Assembly (NCBI GenBank): GCA_030141605.1
Contig: JAQGDQ010000148.1
Span: 248,001-312,000, forward strand
Origin: Tubiluchus corallicola
Taxonomy: Eukaryota; Animalia; Priapulida
DNA: 64,000 nucleotides
Direction of reading: 5' to 3'
Below, piece by piece: positions 1 through 13,500 of the stretch. Made by a program: the position numbers and the translations under genes. Numbering within the stretch: the stretch's first letter is position 1; every line of letters starts with the position of its first letter. Under the pieces are notes generated by a model. That model was not told the DNA's origin, did not search any database, and saw only the letters and a program-made list of their open reading frames with translations.

Positions 1-1401
1 GAAAAGCTACAAAATGTAGAATAGCGGGTTTGTGATCTGCATCAGATAGAGTATTTCCAGCAACAGTGTCAATTTAGATATTTAAAAGAAAATGTCATTT
101 AATTACTGTAAGAAGCTGTGCCTTCTAAGACCGTCTCTGGTAAATTCAAGCATCACCCCTGGGTTTCTAGTTATATTTCCAAATCATGCACAAAAAATGT
201 CAATTTTTCAGACATGCATCTTGCACTAATGATCCACAGGTGTTTAGACTTCAGAGATTCAGTTACTCGCTAAAAGCAAAGATCAACAAATCGGCATTTC
301 AGTATGTAAATGTATTAGCCCAAAAATCACAGACTGGCCCTACAGCATTTTGGCAATTCATCAGCCGAAGCGATCAAAGTAGTGTCTAGCAATTTTTTAA
401 ACTTGGTAACAACACAACCGTCACTTACTCTTAGTCAATAGCCAGACACTTTTATGATATTTTTGTAGAACCCATTACTCGGGATTCTGCTGATAATTGT
501 AATGGTTGTGCAAGTCTGATTGTGGTCACTTAAATGGGTACATATCTAGCAAGTTTATTTTATGTTAATAGATGAAAGTGTTTCTAGATCAACTACGACT
601 TTCCAAATAGAATCCTATAAGAGAGAGCATCTAGCCTAGAATCACTCTCAGCTGGACTTCACCCTGTAGCTGAAAAGAAGCTAATGTCACCTCAATATTC
701 CAGAATGGAGGAAAGACTAACTTATTCGACAGTTATTAGCCAACAATAAACAAGAAAATAATAAATAAATAAATAGTAAAAACATTTGGTAAACAAAACT
801 GCCATGTTAATGACACAGTGAAACCTATAGTTTCGTTTTTGTTAATGTAGCTCTTTTTACAGTCAAAAGATAAAAGATGAAATAGGCTGAGAAGAATAAA
901 TTCTTAGAACTTTTGCAATGTAATAGGATGATGTGATAGTGCTCTTTTTAGAGCAGGTGAGGTTATGGGTGATAAAAATCAATTTCTAAAGAAAAGATTC
1001 CACAGATAAGAAATCCTGGGGAAAACTATACTTATAAGTTATTAAAACCAACAAAAGCGGCATCAAAATGAATGCTCCTAATTTTCTTACAAAAAACAAG
1101 CAAGCTGAATGTAGCTGTATTATAACTTTAGATCAGGAGTTCAATAATCAGTTCGTGAAAAACTAAGACATCCAAATCATTTCTGAGTGTTGTTAGCTTC
1201 ATTCCCTATATATTTTAAACAAACTAAAAACTTTCAGGGTTCACAGGTCTAAAACAGCATTAACAATATATCGGCAAAGTTGTTTAATTCATTCGTTTCC
1301 TATAAATGTATAGATATAGTTAAACAGATAATACCTTAATGCCACTGTGCAATTTTTACTTTAAACTTCAGGGACTAATTAATTAAAACTACAATGGTCA
1401 C

Positions 1402-1503
1402 CTTTGTCAAATTATCACTGTCGGCATCCATGTTTCGCAAATCAACACACGAGCTGCTCCGTCGCCGACTTAAATCCGAGTGATCAGGTGACAAAGTATC
1501 TTT
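1402..1503 (-). CDS. IRAG-like exon KDTLSPDHSDLSRRRSSSCVDLRNMDADSDNLTK
   Basis: ttatctag| ... |gtgacc, 102 nt, phase 0-0. Carries an RRRSS basophilic kinase site after the coiled coil, as in IRAG proteins. Confidence 0.75.
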
Positions 1504-4500
1504 CTAGATAATGACAAAAAGATTCACAAATACACGGCTGCACAAATTTCCATAAATACTAGCAATTGTAACAAAAACAATTGTAAAAAATATTTTGGGA
1601 CAAAAACTGTAATCACAAAACGCAATAAAAAAGCACAAATGGAGAGTCAGTAGTAACAAGCTAAAGTCTAATTGCCACACTTCAGATGTTTTTTGACAAT
1701 CAGTAGGTAGACTGTGATTAAGAAACCATCATTTACTCCGTCAGAAATGCACAATAAGAAAAAATCGCCCCCAAAAGAGCAGATTTCAGAAGGCCTCTGG
1801 ACTTTTTTATGTAACAACTATAGCCATTTACGGTGTTCTAAGTGTTCTTCCAAATAACATAACATGATAATACAGCATTTATCAATAGTTTCCTAGTCTG
1901 TTAAATCAAAAGTTAATAAGCGGCCTTAATTTTTTGCCTAGGCTGTAGTATTAAATCACTTATTATATTACAAATAAAAGAAACACATACATTCTAGTCA
2001 TTGGACTTTTAGTCCAAAAAAATTGTACACAGTGACATCGAGCAAAACATGTAATCTGACAAGCACTAGAAAAGTTTTTATAACTTATGAAGATGTATAT
2101 TAATAGGAAAGACTGTTGCGATATAAATTTAAAAGTATGGAATTAAGATTGAATTTCATGATAAAATAATTGAATTATTAGTTATTTTCAATATTATAAA
2201 AAGTTGTATATCATCTAAAATTGTTGCAATGATAGACTAACAAAATTAAATTGAGAATTAGGCCAAAGATCATTTAAGGCAGTAAAAAAGTTTAATCCGC
2301 CCACGCAGGTTTGTTTTTGGCTTTAAAAATAATAAAAGATGACACGATTTGCAGTTGCTATATTATAATAACTAATGCATTATATATATATATATATATA
2401 TATTTTAATAAATTATACTTTTATAATATAATATAATATTATAATAAAATCTTAGTGTAAACGTGTGCTGTCTTCGTTTTCTCCATTTAAAAGCTACACA
2501 TAATACTGAATTAAAGCAGAAAACTCAGAAAGTGCAGTCAATTGACTAATATTAACTGTTATACAGTAGTTGTCGTTTAATAGACTCAATCGCTTAATTG
2601 ACTCAAAAACGTCTGGAACGGGCCGCTTCTATTCAAATATACATAAAAACTATCCGTAATTGACTCAAATAACTTCACTTAATTGACTCAATATTTTTCC
2701 TTCACGTACTTAAAATAAGTCATTTCTATGTGCCCAAACAGGCTTTCCTACTTTTATGTCATATTTACATCCCTATTGTGCATTATATATGTAGAAACAG
2801 TCATGTTAAGTACTGCTTTGTTTGTAAACAGGTACATTTATCACGAAGCTAAACATTTAATCACTTGCCTAGCGGTTTCCTTTTGATGCTCTAGTTGCAA
2901 ATCACGCTTTCAGGCTTAATGAGTTAATAGTCAAAGATGCAAGTACAGTAATCAGCCACTATTCCTTGAGACTTGCAAGAGTAAACATCATACGACAAAT
3001 AAGGGCATACAGTTAAGAAGTTTGAAAAATGGAGCATAAGGGTAAAGATCTAACAGTTAAGGAGAAACTGAAAATTTTAAAGCAGTACGATAAACTTCCA
3101 AAGATGGGGCAGCGGTGTGAAACTTCCCGAGACTTCTTTGCGAGAAAATGAAGCAGCTAACTTAGATGGAATTTTTGTAATTTTTGCAAATAAACAGACT
3201 TGTGTGATTTAGAAAAGTATACTTTTTAATTTATTGTTAATTCAGTTATATTTAGGCATTACTTTATTTTTAAAATTGATTAAAAGCCTTTGCAGTGCAT
3301 AGTAAGCTGATGGCTCATACTTATATAGGAGTAATACTACACCCATCAGTTAATAGGTTCAATTGGTTAATTGGGTCAAAACACATGGGTCCCAAAGTGA
3401 GTCTAGTAAGCGGTGACTACTGTATTAAAATAGTGTTATATTAATTTGGTGAAGTGAATTATAGTAGTTATTCAAAATTTAAAAACAGGATAAAAAAAAT
3501 TAGGTACAACATTAAATTTTATTGGCATGAAAATGTCTCGTGCCCAAGTGTCCCCATGCCCAAATTGCCGTGTCCCGATGTCACATACCTATCAAACCAT
3601 CACATGCATATAGATACTGTTTGAGTTTGACTTACCATAACACCATCACCAGCTGAAATACAGAAAATGCAAACAAATAAGGGCATTGTTACAAATATTC
3701 AAAAAAGTAAATCAACAACATTTTCAGATAGCTCTTTACATTTTAACACTTTTGTCACTGATATTAACCTACCAGTATAATTGTAATTTTAGACCTACAG
3801 AAAGACTAATGACAAACTTTCATAACTGTAAAACTTTGTTATTTTTTAAATCGATGCAGCAATCAGAAAAACAAGGTTGGTGCATACTTACCCCACTGCA
3901 AAACTGGTGGCAAGACAATCTTGTTGGCTAAAAGGAGATTCCTGAAAATGCATTTTTGAAAAATCAAAATGTCCATGATTCAAAAATAAATTTTAACACA
4001 AAAACTACTACCATCTAAATCATTGACGCATGTAATTTTAAAAGAGAATTTAAAGTACCGATAAGTAAAAACAACCACACATTTTCACAAGTATACTAAT
4101 GCAGGACTGCCGTAAAGCCTCAAAGCAACAGAACAATTTCAGATGTTGCTGTGCATACTTACAGTTTCTTGCCACAATTTACACAAAATTAAATCAATTT
4201 ATAACTGACCAATTCAGATGGAAGCACTGCAAACCACCAGGTAATAATACAAATTAATCTAAGTCATTTCAATTATAATCAGTGGTGTCGTGCCATAGGG
4301 GCCCGGGAGGGCCCGGGCCCCCCCCAATTTTTTTAGAAAATGTCAAAAATTTGAAGGCCGTCAGCGGCTCGTAATGAGACCGGTAAGCAAATTTATTTCC
4401 GACTTTTTGACACGCGGCCAGCGCTCCATAAATGCGAACAGTATGAGCATGAGTATGTGTTTACCTGAAAGTCAGGATGTAGTTAATTTGTTTGCATGTA

Positions 4501-7500
4501 ATCTATCTATTCAGGAGGCAGGCAGGAACAATTAACAAAGCAGCTCGTTGAGCAGCATTAGCGTCTTTGCACAAAAGACTGTTAGTTAACAAAACGGCTC
4601 AGTTAGCACTCAAGCTTCGTTCAGCAGTGTGTTATAATAGAGAATAAGTGAAATAATAGAGCAAAAACAATGCAAACATTGAAGTCATGTTGAGCTAGTC
4701 TAGTACCAGAGAGTCAGTTTGTTGAGCTAGCCTAGTACCAGAGAGTCGGTTTGGGAGATACCAATTGATGGGCCACGGCTCAGCCACCTCCTGATTGGAC
4801 ATTGCCGACTCTTTGCTACTCCTTAGTGACTCTCTCCCACGAGTTTGCTGCATAAAAGGGCATGATTTTGAGCACATTTCATCATTTTTCTGCTGCTAGG
4901 AAAATCTTTGCTAGTTTTCGCTGCAATTTTAGCTATATTTCTTAAACGATGTCAAGGCAGTACAATCTCACTTCATTTTTCAAGTCCAACCGTGTTCCCG
5001 ACCCAGGTTCTATGGCGTCTGTATCTACTGTAACGTCGATTCCAACAGAACGAAATGTCGATAGTTCTGCATCAATAGTTCTGCGTCGGATTCCTGACAG
5101 CTGATAAATACTTAATTAAATTTTAATTTAATTTTTAATTTTAATTAAGTTTCCATTGCTATAGCTTTAATTTAAATGCCATGTTAAATAAATCGTTTTT
5201 CTTGCATGCAAAATACTGTTTATTTTTTTTCAAAATTAAATTTTCAAAATTTAAAATTCAAATTTAAACAGTTAAAATCCGCCATTTTAGTTGCCCCCCC
5301 CCCCCAATTTTTTTGGGTGCACGACGGCCCTGATTATAATATAAGTTAATCAACTCTGATCTAACCTAACCTTATCTGATTTAATGTAACATAACGGCCA
5401 GCCAAAGCTATCCAAACAAATTCATTGATAAGAAACATAGATTTAAAAGAATCTAACATCTGTACGGTACGAATCTCATCCACATAAAGAGCAATTGTTT
5501 ACCTTGCTTCTTGTAGACCCTTGATATCTTTTTGTCGTTGTTCTGTCAAATGTTCTACATGTCTTACCATCACATCCACTGCATTGCTGATACGTGCTTC
5601 CTAGTAATTAGTTAAACAATTGACATACAAAAGTTGAATCAATGCAAATAAACATGAATGCAAAGACTATCAAGTTAATTATTTTTTACTGTTTTCTCAT
5701 ACAACAATTCTAAATATGAATAAGGAATCTACATATTTTAACTGGCATTCTAATAATCCAGTTATAGTTTGCAGTGGCGCCTGGGAAGTTAAATTTATAG
5801 TCAGTATGCAAACTCTTATCTTTAAGACTATTGTAACATGTCTAACGGAATGAATCATCCGTTCTATAATACAGAATTTAAGCAACAGAAAGAAGTGTGA
5901 TTGTGCCTAAAAGTTAAAGTGTTTATATAATCAACATCATCTACATGGGTTCAGGCTTTTACAACAATATCAAGTTGCACAGATCTGCAGAAGCACTGTT
6001 GGCTGTTACTTTTTGAATGCAATGATAATGCAAAAAAATCTTCTTCTAGCCGTTAAACGATATCATTTCTAAATATGGTATGATCATAAAATAAGTTAAA
6101 TTAACTTACAACCACCACATTACTAATTCATGCACACAGTTAATCTTTGGAGCTTACACAGAGATATTTCTCTGCACTAAATCACGTACAAAGTTCCACT
6201 TTCGAATAATGTTTGTTGCTTTTAAATCACACCTAAGTTTTTTGCAAAACTTTCTTGTCAGCAAGGAAATATGGTGAAACCTTGACAAAAACTTGCTCAA
6301 AGCATACCTGTTGCACAGCTCCAAACAATTCTGCTCTACCAGAAAGCCTTTGGATGCACAACTCTAATACTTCAACATGTGATTGCAGCTGCATTAACGT
6401 TCTCACCACATCTGAGTCGCCTCTCAACTTATACACTTCCTAAACAAATACATCAATTTTAAAGCCAATAAGCAAATATAAGAATAAATAAACAGAAGTT
6501 TAGGGGTTTTAGCTAATGTTTACTGAAAATGCATTATAACATGCATTCCAAGCTTATAACAAGTTTTTTACCCTCAGAATATCTGACGTAGCTTTAACCA
6601 TGGTTTTAATGGAATGCACTTCGTCTTCTATATTTTTCTCTGTGTTATCACGAGACCGTTGTTGCAGTTCTCTGCGTCTTGACAACGTGTTTCCGTCTGT
6701 TTTAAATGCGAGTGCCAGACTGTTGAACATGTTCTAGGAAAAACAATGAGAAGCTAAACATTGTTTCAGTTAAAAGCGGATTGCATTGGGTGACAAAAAG
6801 CAAACAATCGTGGACAATACTATAAATGAAATAATCACATTGAAACTATACTATTATATGAAGAACAAAATCTTAAAAAGCTTTATAGTTTTAACAATAA
6901 AAAAATCAAGTCAACTTACTTCAATTTCTTTTGTAGAAAAGACGCAGCTGAAATAAAAATGAAAAATTAACTACAAAATTACGTGCCTTCTTTATCCACT
7001 ATAAAGTTAACATTTTTCATTTATATTCTATTGTGAATTCTCTGTCTTATTACAGGTAAAAAGTACTTTAACACATTTGCGTAATAATGTCATCGATACG
7101 AGTGTGGCAATGACGATGATGGTGGTGGCTGTGATGATGATGACAACGATGATGATGATCATAACAATGCCTCCATTACACTCACAATATAAAAACTAAA
7201 AAAACAACTAAAAATAGAAAGCATCTATTTTTGCATTCAGCAGACTATGGATAGAAGTTTATAAGGATGTGAAAGCTGAGGTTTAGAACAAATATATTAA
7301 GTTAACATATACATGTACCACTGAAAAATGACAAAAAAGTATAAAATAAGTCTTGTTAAATGCCTACAGAACATGCAAAATATCATTAATCTGGTACTGC
7401 ACGTCATAAATTTTAGATACTATAAACATCTCAATGTGATGTACGATAAACTATTGTGATAGCTAAAATTTATACAAAAATATCATTCAAACGAGCCAAT

Positions 7501-10500
7501 CATACAACCTGTATCGTGGCTGTTCCTCGTGACAGCGCAAATTTTTCTGAGATAAAGTGAAGTCCACATCACTCTCCTCTCTCCCAGTTTCATGATCTTC
7601 CTTAGCACTCATCTGTTGCCTAGAGGCAAAAAACGTAAGCATGAAATAACAAGCTACTTTGAATTTATGACCCTTTCAGACAAGCAGACTAAAGACGAGA
7701 TAACACAGAAAAATGATGAAATCTATAATTAAGTCGGTTATAAAGCCACGCATATTCTGCAATTATTCTATCCAAAGCAGAAGCAAAATAATAAAATTTT
7801 TACACCCGAAGAGATACTTTATACCAGACTATTTTTTGTCCTTACATTGCATGTGTTTGTTTTTCTTCTATGTCACATGGCTTCACGCCTGACTTAACAT
7901 ACTTGACTTCACACAACTTCAGTGCAGGTTGCTGAGAATTATTCAAGCAACTATTCCAAAATACTAGTCTGTGAATGGTAAATACCAAACTGTCAAAAAA
8001 CAGTTGAAGTAGAGTAGCAGACACTTCAGTTCAGTAACAGAGATAACTAGGTCACAAAATGTCATGGGACATTCTTCTCTTAACATTATATTGCTCGCAG
8101 CATTATCATAATAACTAAGCAAGCAGTCAGGCCACATATCCAGTTCGAAAGACTTGATGTAACAATCTGTGGAACATAACAGAAAAAAGTGAGTAGCTTT
8201 GAGCACTGAAAGCCTTAGATAAACTTTAAAAAAATCTGTTGACAATCTTTTGCTTTCAATCACACCAACTGAGAGCAAGCCAAAGGCAGTGAAAAACTAC
8301 AGTAATTAGCCTTCTAGATCACTTCTTCCGAAGTTATCATGTTTTCCAAGAAAGCATGTTTCTAAGTCACAAAGTTATAGACCTCCGCAGAAGTACGACA
8401 GCTTATCTCTAAATACATCAAATTAAAGTGCAATTTCTTCCGAACGTAAATAAACAGCATGTGTTACATGAAACAAATGATTAGACTTTCTTAGTTGTGC
8501 TGCAATGGGGTAACTAGATGAAAGACCAGTCCAGCACATGCTGTGTTTATGTGACTAACAGAAGCTTATAGCTTCTCTCAACACCCAGGAAATGTTTATA
8601 TTTTATGACTTGTGATATGTTTACTAGCAGCACAAGACAAGAAGCAGACTAAACTAACAGTATACAGTAACTATTAGACGAGAAGCAATAATCCACTACA
8701 TACAACAAACAAAGTCTAAATGCAAAGATGTGCAGTTGCAATGCAAAAATCTTTTTCTTCACAAAAAGAGTAATTTGATAATAAGATACTACCCCTAAGT
8801 ATTTACATTTATTATAAGTGTTTCGCATTTTGTCTTCGCTTATGGTGTCCTAATAAATTATATTACTTTTTAAGAAATGTGCTAAATTTCAAGTGATACT
8901 TTATATGCAATCGTTATTTAATGCATGATTATAAGAAGTTGAACACATAATCAAAAAGAAATTTTTTTTACAAAACTAATCTTCAAAAAACGTTTTCTTT
9001 ACCAAAATGGTCAAATATTTTAACGAAATTAGTGTAATCACAGGAAGTGAGAGAAATGACTCACTGAGTTTCAGGATTATGACATATGCAGAAAGCTGTC
9101 TATTTTACTTAATAGACAAATAAAATAAAATAAAATAGTAAAGCATATAGTAATAGCCCCTGCACAAGATGTAAATGTTTTATTATATTGCTGAAACAGT
9201 TACATCAGTTTATAATTTCCCGAAAGAATTTGACACTCCATAAAACAGAGCCTACAACTAGTATTAACCATTGAATGTAGCATAATTACTTTAAATAAAG
9301 CATACAAACAGCTGAGACCAATTAACTGTCAGACCCATATATCCCACCCAGTGAAGCCATTTATGTCAGACATCTGGTAGTTTCTGCCAACAGTGGGAGG
9401 TTTGACACACACTGTTCCAAAAAGGCATATCCAGAGTTGAAAAAAGAGGGTTAATAACAATTTTATAAAAGCAAAAACTATTTGATAGCAATCTATTTCT
9501 TCAAATAGTAAACAATTTTCTTTTGAAAGTTGTTATTCTGGTTGAAGACGTTGCTTCCTGCCCCTTTACCCCTTAAATCAAATCTCCCCCTACAAATGAA
9601 CAAGTCAGACTGCACATTTAGTGTGAGTTTAGCCGGCAGGAAATGAATTAATGGATCTAAATCTCCGGTCCCAATCTGAGGCAGCTGTCAGTTCGACTTA
9701 GAAATCAATTACCGGTCAGCAGAGAAATTAAGATGAACCGTCAGTAACTAACATCAGGCGTCAGCATTGTAATAATCAGTGTTGTCAGCACTGCCAGTAA
9801 ATAAATCAATGTCAGTACTTTAGACAATTGAAATAATGTAGAAATTAAGATACACTGTCAGTCACTCGCATCAGTGGTCAGCATGGTAATAATGTCAGTG
9901 TAAGTCTAAAAAATGTTTTAGACACAATAACGTTACAGTATCAGGTAAAAATACTTGTACAAGAAAGCTATAAATTTACAAAAGTTTTTTAATATCTAAA
10001 GTTTAACCTTCATGCAAATAGTGTTACCAAGAAAGAATACAAAGAAAATTGTAACAGAGGTTACAATCCCAACTAATTACAAACAGACTGCAACTGTGCA
10101 TTTAAGCTAGAAAGAACAAACAAAACATTCTAAGGATTTCTGCTAATAATATAGAAAATGATGAAATAAAAAATATTGCAAAATATGGAACAAAAAATAT
10201 TGAAATATTGATACAGTATACAGACGTTTTTCTGGCCTTCCAATTAAACTGAAAGCTAATGCACAACACATTTACTAACAATAACAAACGATTATTTATT
10301 ATTCTTATTATTTTTACAAACTTACGAATTTTCAAAATCCTGTTGACTCAAGTTCAGTTTATTAAGGAATGTGTCTGTAATAGTAGGAAAGACAGCCGTA
10401 CCATCATTCAACTTCTGTTTATTTGTAATCAGTCCCACGCGTAATTCTACAGTTGCATCTGCAACAACAGTTAAAGAAATGGCTTAACAGTCCAGAAAAA

Positions 10501-13500
10501 TGTAGAGATCAAACCATTTATTCATTTTTCAGATATCACTGACAGGCTACCTTCAGAATCCTGAGAGCCGCCACTTTGATTTCGAGCCGATTCCGTTTCT
10601 GATGTTTCAGCAGTTTCTCCAATTCGCGTTTGTGGACTGGCACCACATTTTCTCTGCAAGAGTCATATAAATCTGCTAAGAGTTGTAAAAAAGTTACTGC
10701 ACATTAAAATGCCTTTGTTAAAGTATGATCACAAAAGCTGCATGCAAAACTATACAATAACAACAAATCGTGAAATCCAGGATGTATATACCATTGGAAT
10801 CTTAGTCACGTGCAGCTCAGTTTCTGTTCCGTGATCGAAAGCAGAACTCCGAGGAAATGAGCCAATTGTAGGAGAGGAACCTAAACAATTAAATGCCAAA
10901 CACTATTATAGAATTTTTACAAGTATTCTATATACAAGCTGTAATGGCAAATATAAATTAACGTAAACCATTACACAAGGTGCAATAACTCAAAATGGTT
11001 AACAGCTTGCAGCTCTCAATAAGAGAACTACTACATTAGCTTGATTTATTTCAACAGACGCTCGAATGGCTATAAAATTTCCACTCACGAAACACAATAA
11101 ACATGCTACATAAATCACAAAGCAGTCAAAATAGAAACATTCCCTTAATGTATTTGGCCATAAGGTTCTGAAAGAACTATGTACTTGTTTGTGTTCTGAA
11201 AGAACTATGTACTTGTTTGATATTCTGAAAGACTTACATACTTGTCTGGTATATTGAATAGCACAAATACAACAGTATTCTTCAAATTTTACAGAAATTT
11301 TGTTTAAAAATTAATTAATGAAACTACATTTTCCAGTCAGTTTTTTAGATTTTTGATTATAGGCTTAAGGTATATTGCGAATTGGAGAGCATAGCCAAGT
11401 AGTACATGTGTGAACTTCACAACTAAAGTTGCCAGGCTGAAACCGGTCAGTGAATGACTAGCCAGTGGCCAGATTCAATGCTTATTACGGTGATTTTATT
11501 TGCCAAATTCATTCTGGTTGTTTAGGTTCATGAAGAAGGTTGTATAGGTGGTGATGGTGTAGTGCATCATTTTAGAAGATACCATTGATAATGATCAAGG
11601 TTCCAGTCTCGTTACACATCAGTACTGAATGCTGGATTGCAGCTTGCAGTGTAGAAAATTGTATAAAATGAAAAAAAATCTTCACGTGAAATACTGAACT
11701 AAAAATATTTTAATTGATGACCCAAGAAAGCCATCTGGCACCCAAATTCAGAGGCAGAGTGTAATGTTGCATCGCAAATGGATATGATTAATTAAAAAAT
11801 TCAATGTCCTGCTTGAAGTCATAGTGAGACGAGCAAGAATTTACCAAGATAGACATTAGCATTTAAAGCCAAATTAGTCTCCTCAATTTCCTGCATAAAG
11901 ATTTCAAATTTTATAGTGCAACAAAGTGACTAATAACAGGTCCTACAAAAAGTATCACAACAACTCACACTACTGGTTCTTACATTCAAGTTGCTGTATC
12001 TGGCGTAATTATAATATTCCTGTAGCAGGAGGCACTGCCACAAGTGACATGAAAAATTTTCAACGTACTGGAGCATCGACCCTGACTGTGTCGGCTCTGT
12101 CTTGGTGGAGGTCGTTGTAGGTCACCGTCACTGTGGCTGGAAACTCGTGTTGTCGAACATATTCCAATGCTTTTGGACACTGCAGGTGGATAGCTGTCAG
12201 TGTGTTGCTGAATACTAGGGCTTACCAATGATCTCTTTTCTACTACAACATCAGTCAATTCTGAGCTGCTGCCTGACTTCTTCAAATTAAAAATAAATGA
12301 CAAAAAATTTTATATAAAACGAATGATCTGTTTAGGAACAGCAACTGAATCTAAATGTTAAAATGATCATTGAAGCAATTCTAATAACAAACAGTAAATT
12401 ATAGGCTGTGAGCAAATTAACTTTGAGATGGGAATTATTTTGTATATTTGCATATTTAATATACATGTATTCAACAAACCCTCTTGTTGAACTATAGCAC
12501 AGCATTAAAATATTTTTTATACTAAACTTTGCTCTTTTATACTAAATTAAGTGTCAGTGAGTTTTCCCTAAATACTTCTAAACTACAGTAAGCGCAATCT
12601 AAATTAAAAACAATCAAGTTCTAGAAATGACAGGCTTGTTACTAAACTAAAATACTTTCAATATATAAAAAACTTTAAGTAATGTTGCCCAAATCTTACC
12701 CGAAATTGTTTCTCTTGGGGCCCAGAACTTGCTGTCCTGTCTTGACTTGTACCTCTGAAGCAAATAAAGATCTATAAACTATCAGAATAGTTATTCCGCA
12801 CTATACTAAAAAATGGCAGAGTAATCACAATTCTGGATGTCAATTCTCCTAAAAATTTTAAAAGCTGCACCCTATTCACCAATATTCATTTAACTTGTGG
12901 TTAACATACAGCAAAGAGAAGTTTCCTGTTTAATGCATGAGAAGAAGATGAAGTTGATTTTACGACTATGTTTTATGCTTTTATGACTGGTGTAGCGATC
13001 CAATTAGAATGTCGTTCATAAAATCACGAGTCAATTTCGCAACTCTGTCCTGTAATATGGTGCCATAAAATGCGTAAGCGGGTAAAAATTCACAATAAAC
13101 ATGCATCAAGTAAGACAACAAAGTGATTACCACACTTCTATTAAAACAGGGACATAAATTAAATCAGTAATAAAAAATATACTACCTATAGCATAAGCAG
13201 ATGAATATAAATACAAGGATAAAGTATTTTTTATATCTTTAAAACATGAAAAAATTGCGAAGCCGTTGATAAAGGAATGGGGGATGGGCTAATATCTTGC
13301 GTTGGGACTGATTTCTTTATGTTAGCTCTAGTAAGGATTATGATTTCCCAATTAGGCAATCTTTGTAACATAATATAACATTACGTTATTGAGTTTAGGA
13401 GCAAGGTTTTGTAAGCCCGTTTGAGGACCGAATAAGAGCAGTAAATACCATTTTCCACGGAAGCTTTGGCCCATACAGTGGATCATGGGTATGGGGAAGA

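Noticed and set aside
108-670. Further IRAG exons (e.g. NPGVMLEFTRDGLRRHSFL near 108-166; acceptor near 669)
   Set aside because: I could not link them in phase to the exon ending at 1402, so they are left uncalled.
7964-8278. 104-aa minus-strand ORF
   Set aside because: No recognisable domain, bounded by stops, and out of frame with the exon chain.
11165-11250. 28-29 bp repeats as a CRISPR array
   Set aside because: The units are contiguous with no unique spacers, there are no cas genes, and the context is eukaryotic.
11380-11620. tRNA genes (A/B-box-like stretches here and at ~52000-52230)
   Set aside because: No cloverleaf can be formed. At most these are decayed tRNA-SINE heads.
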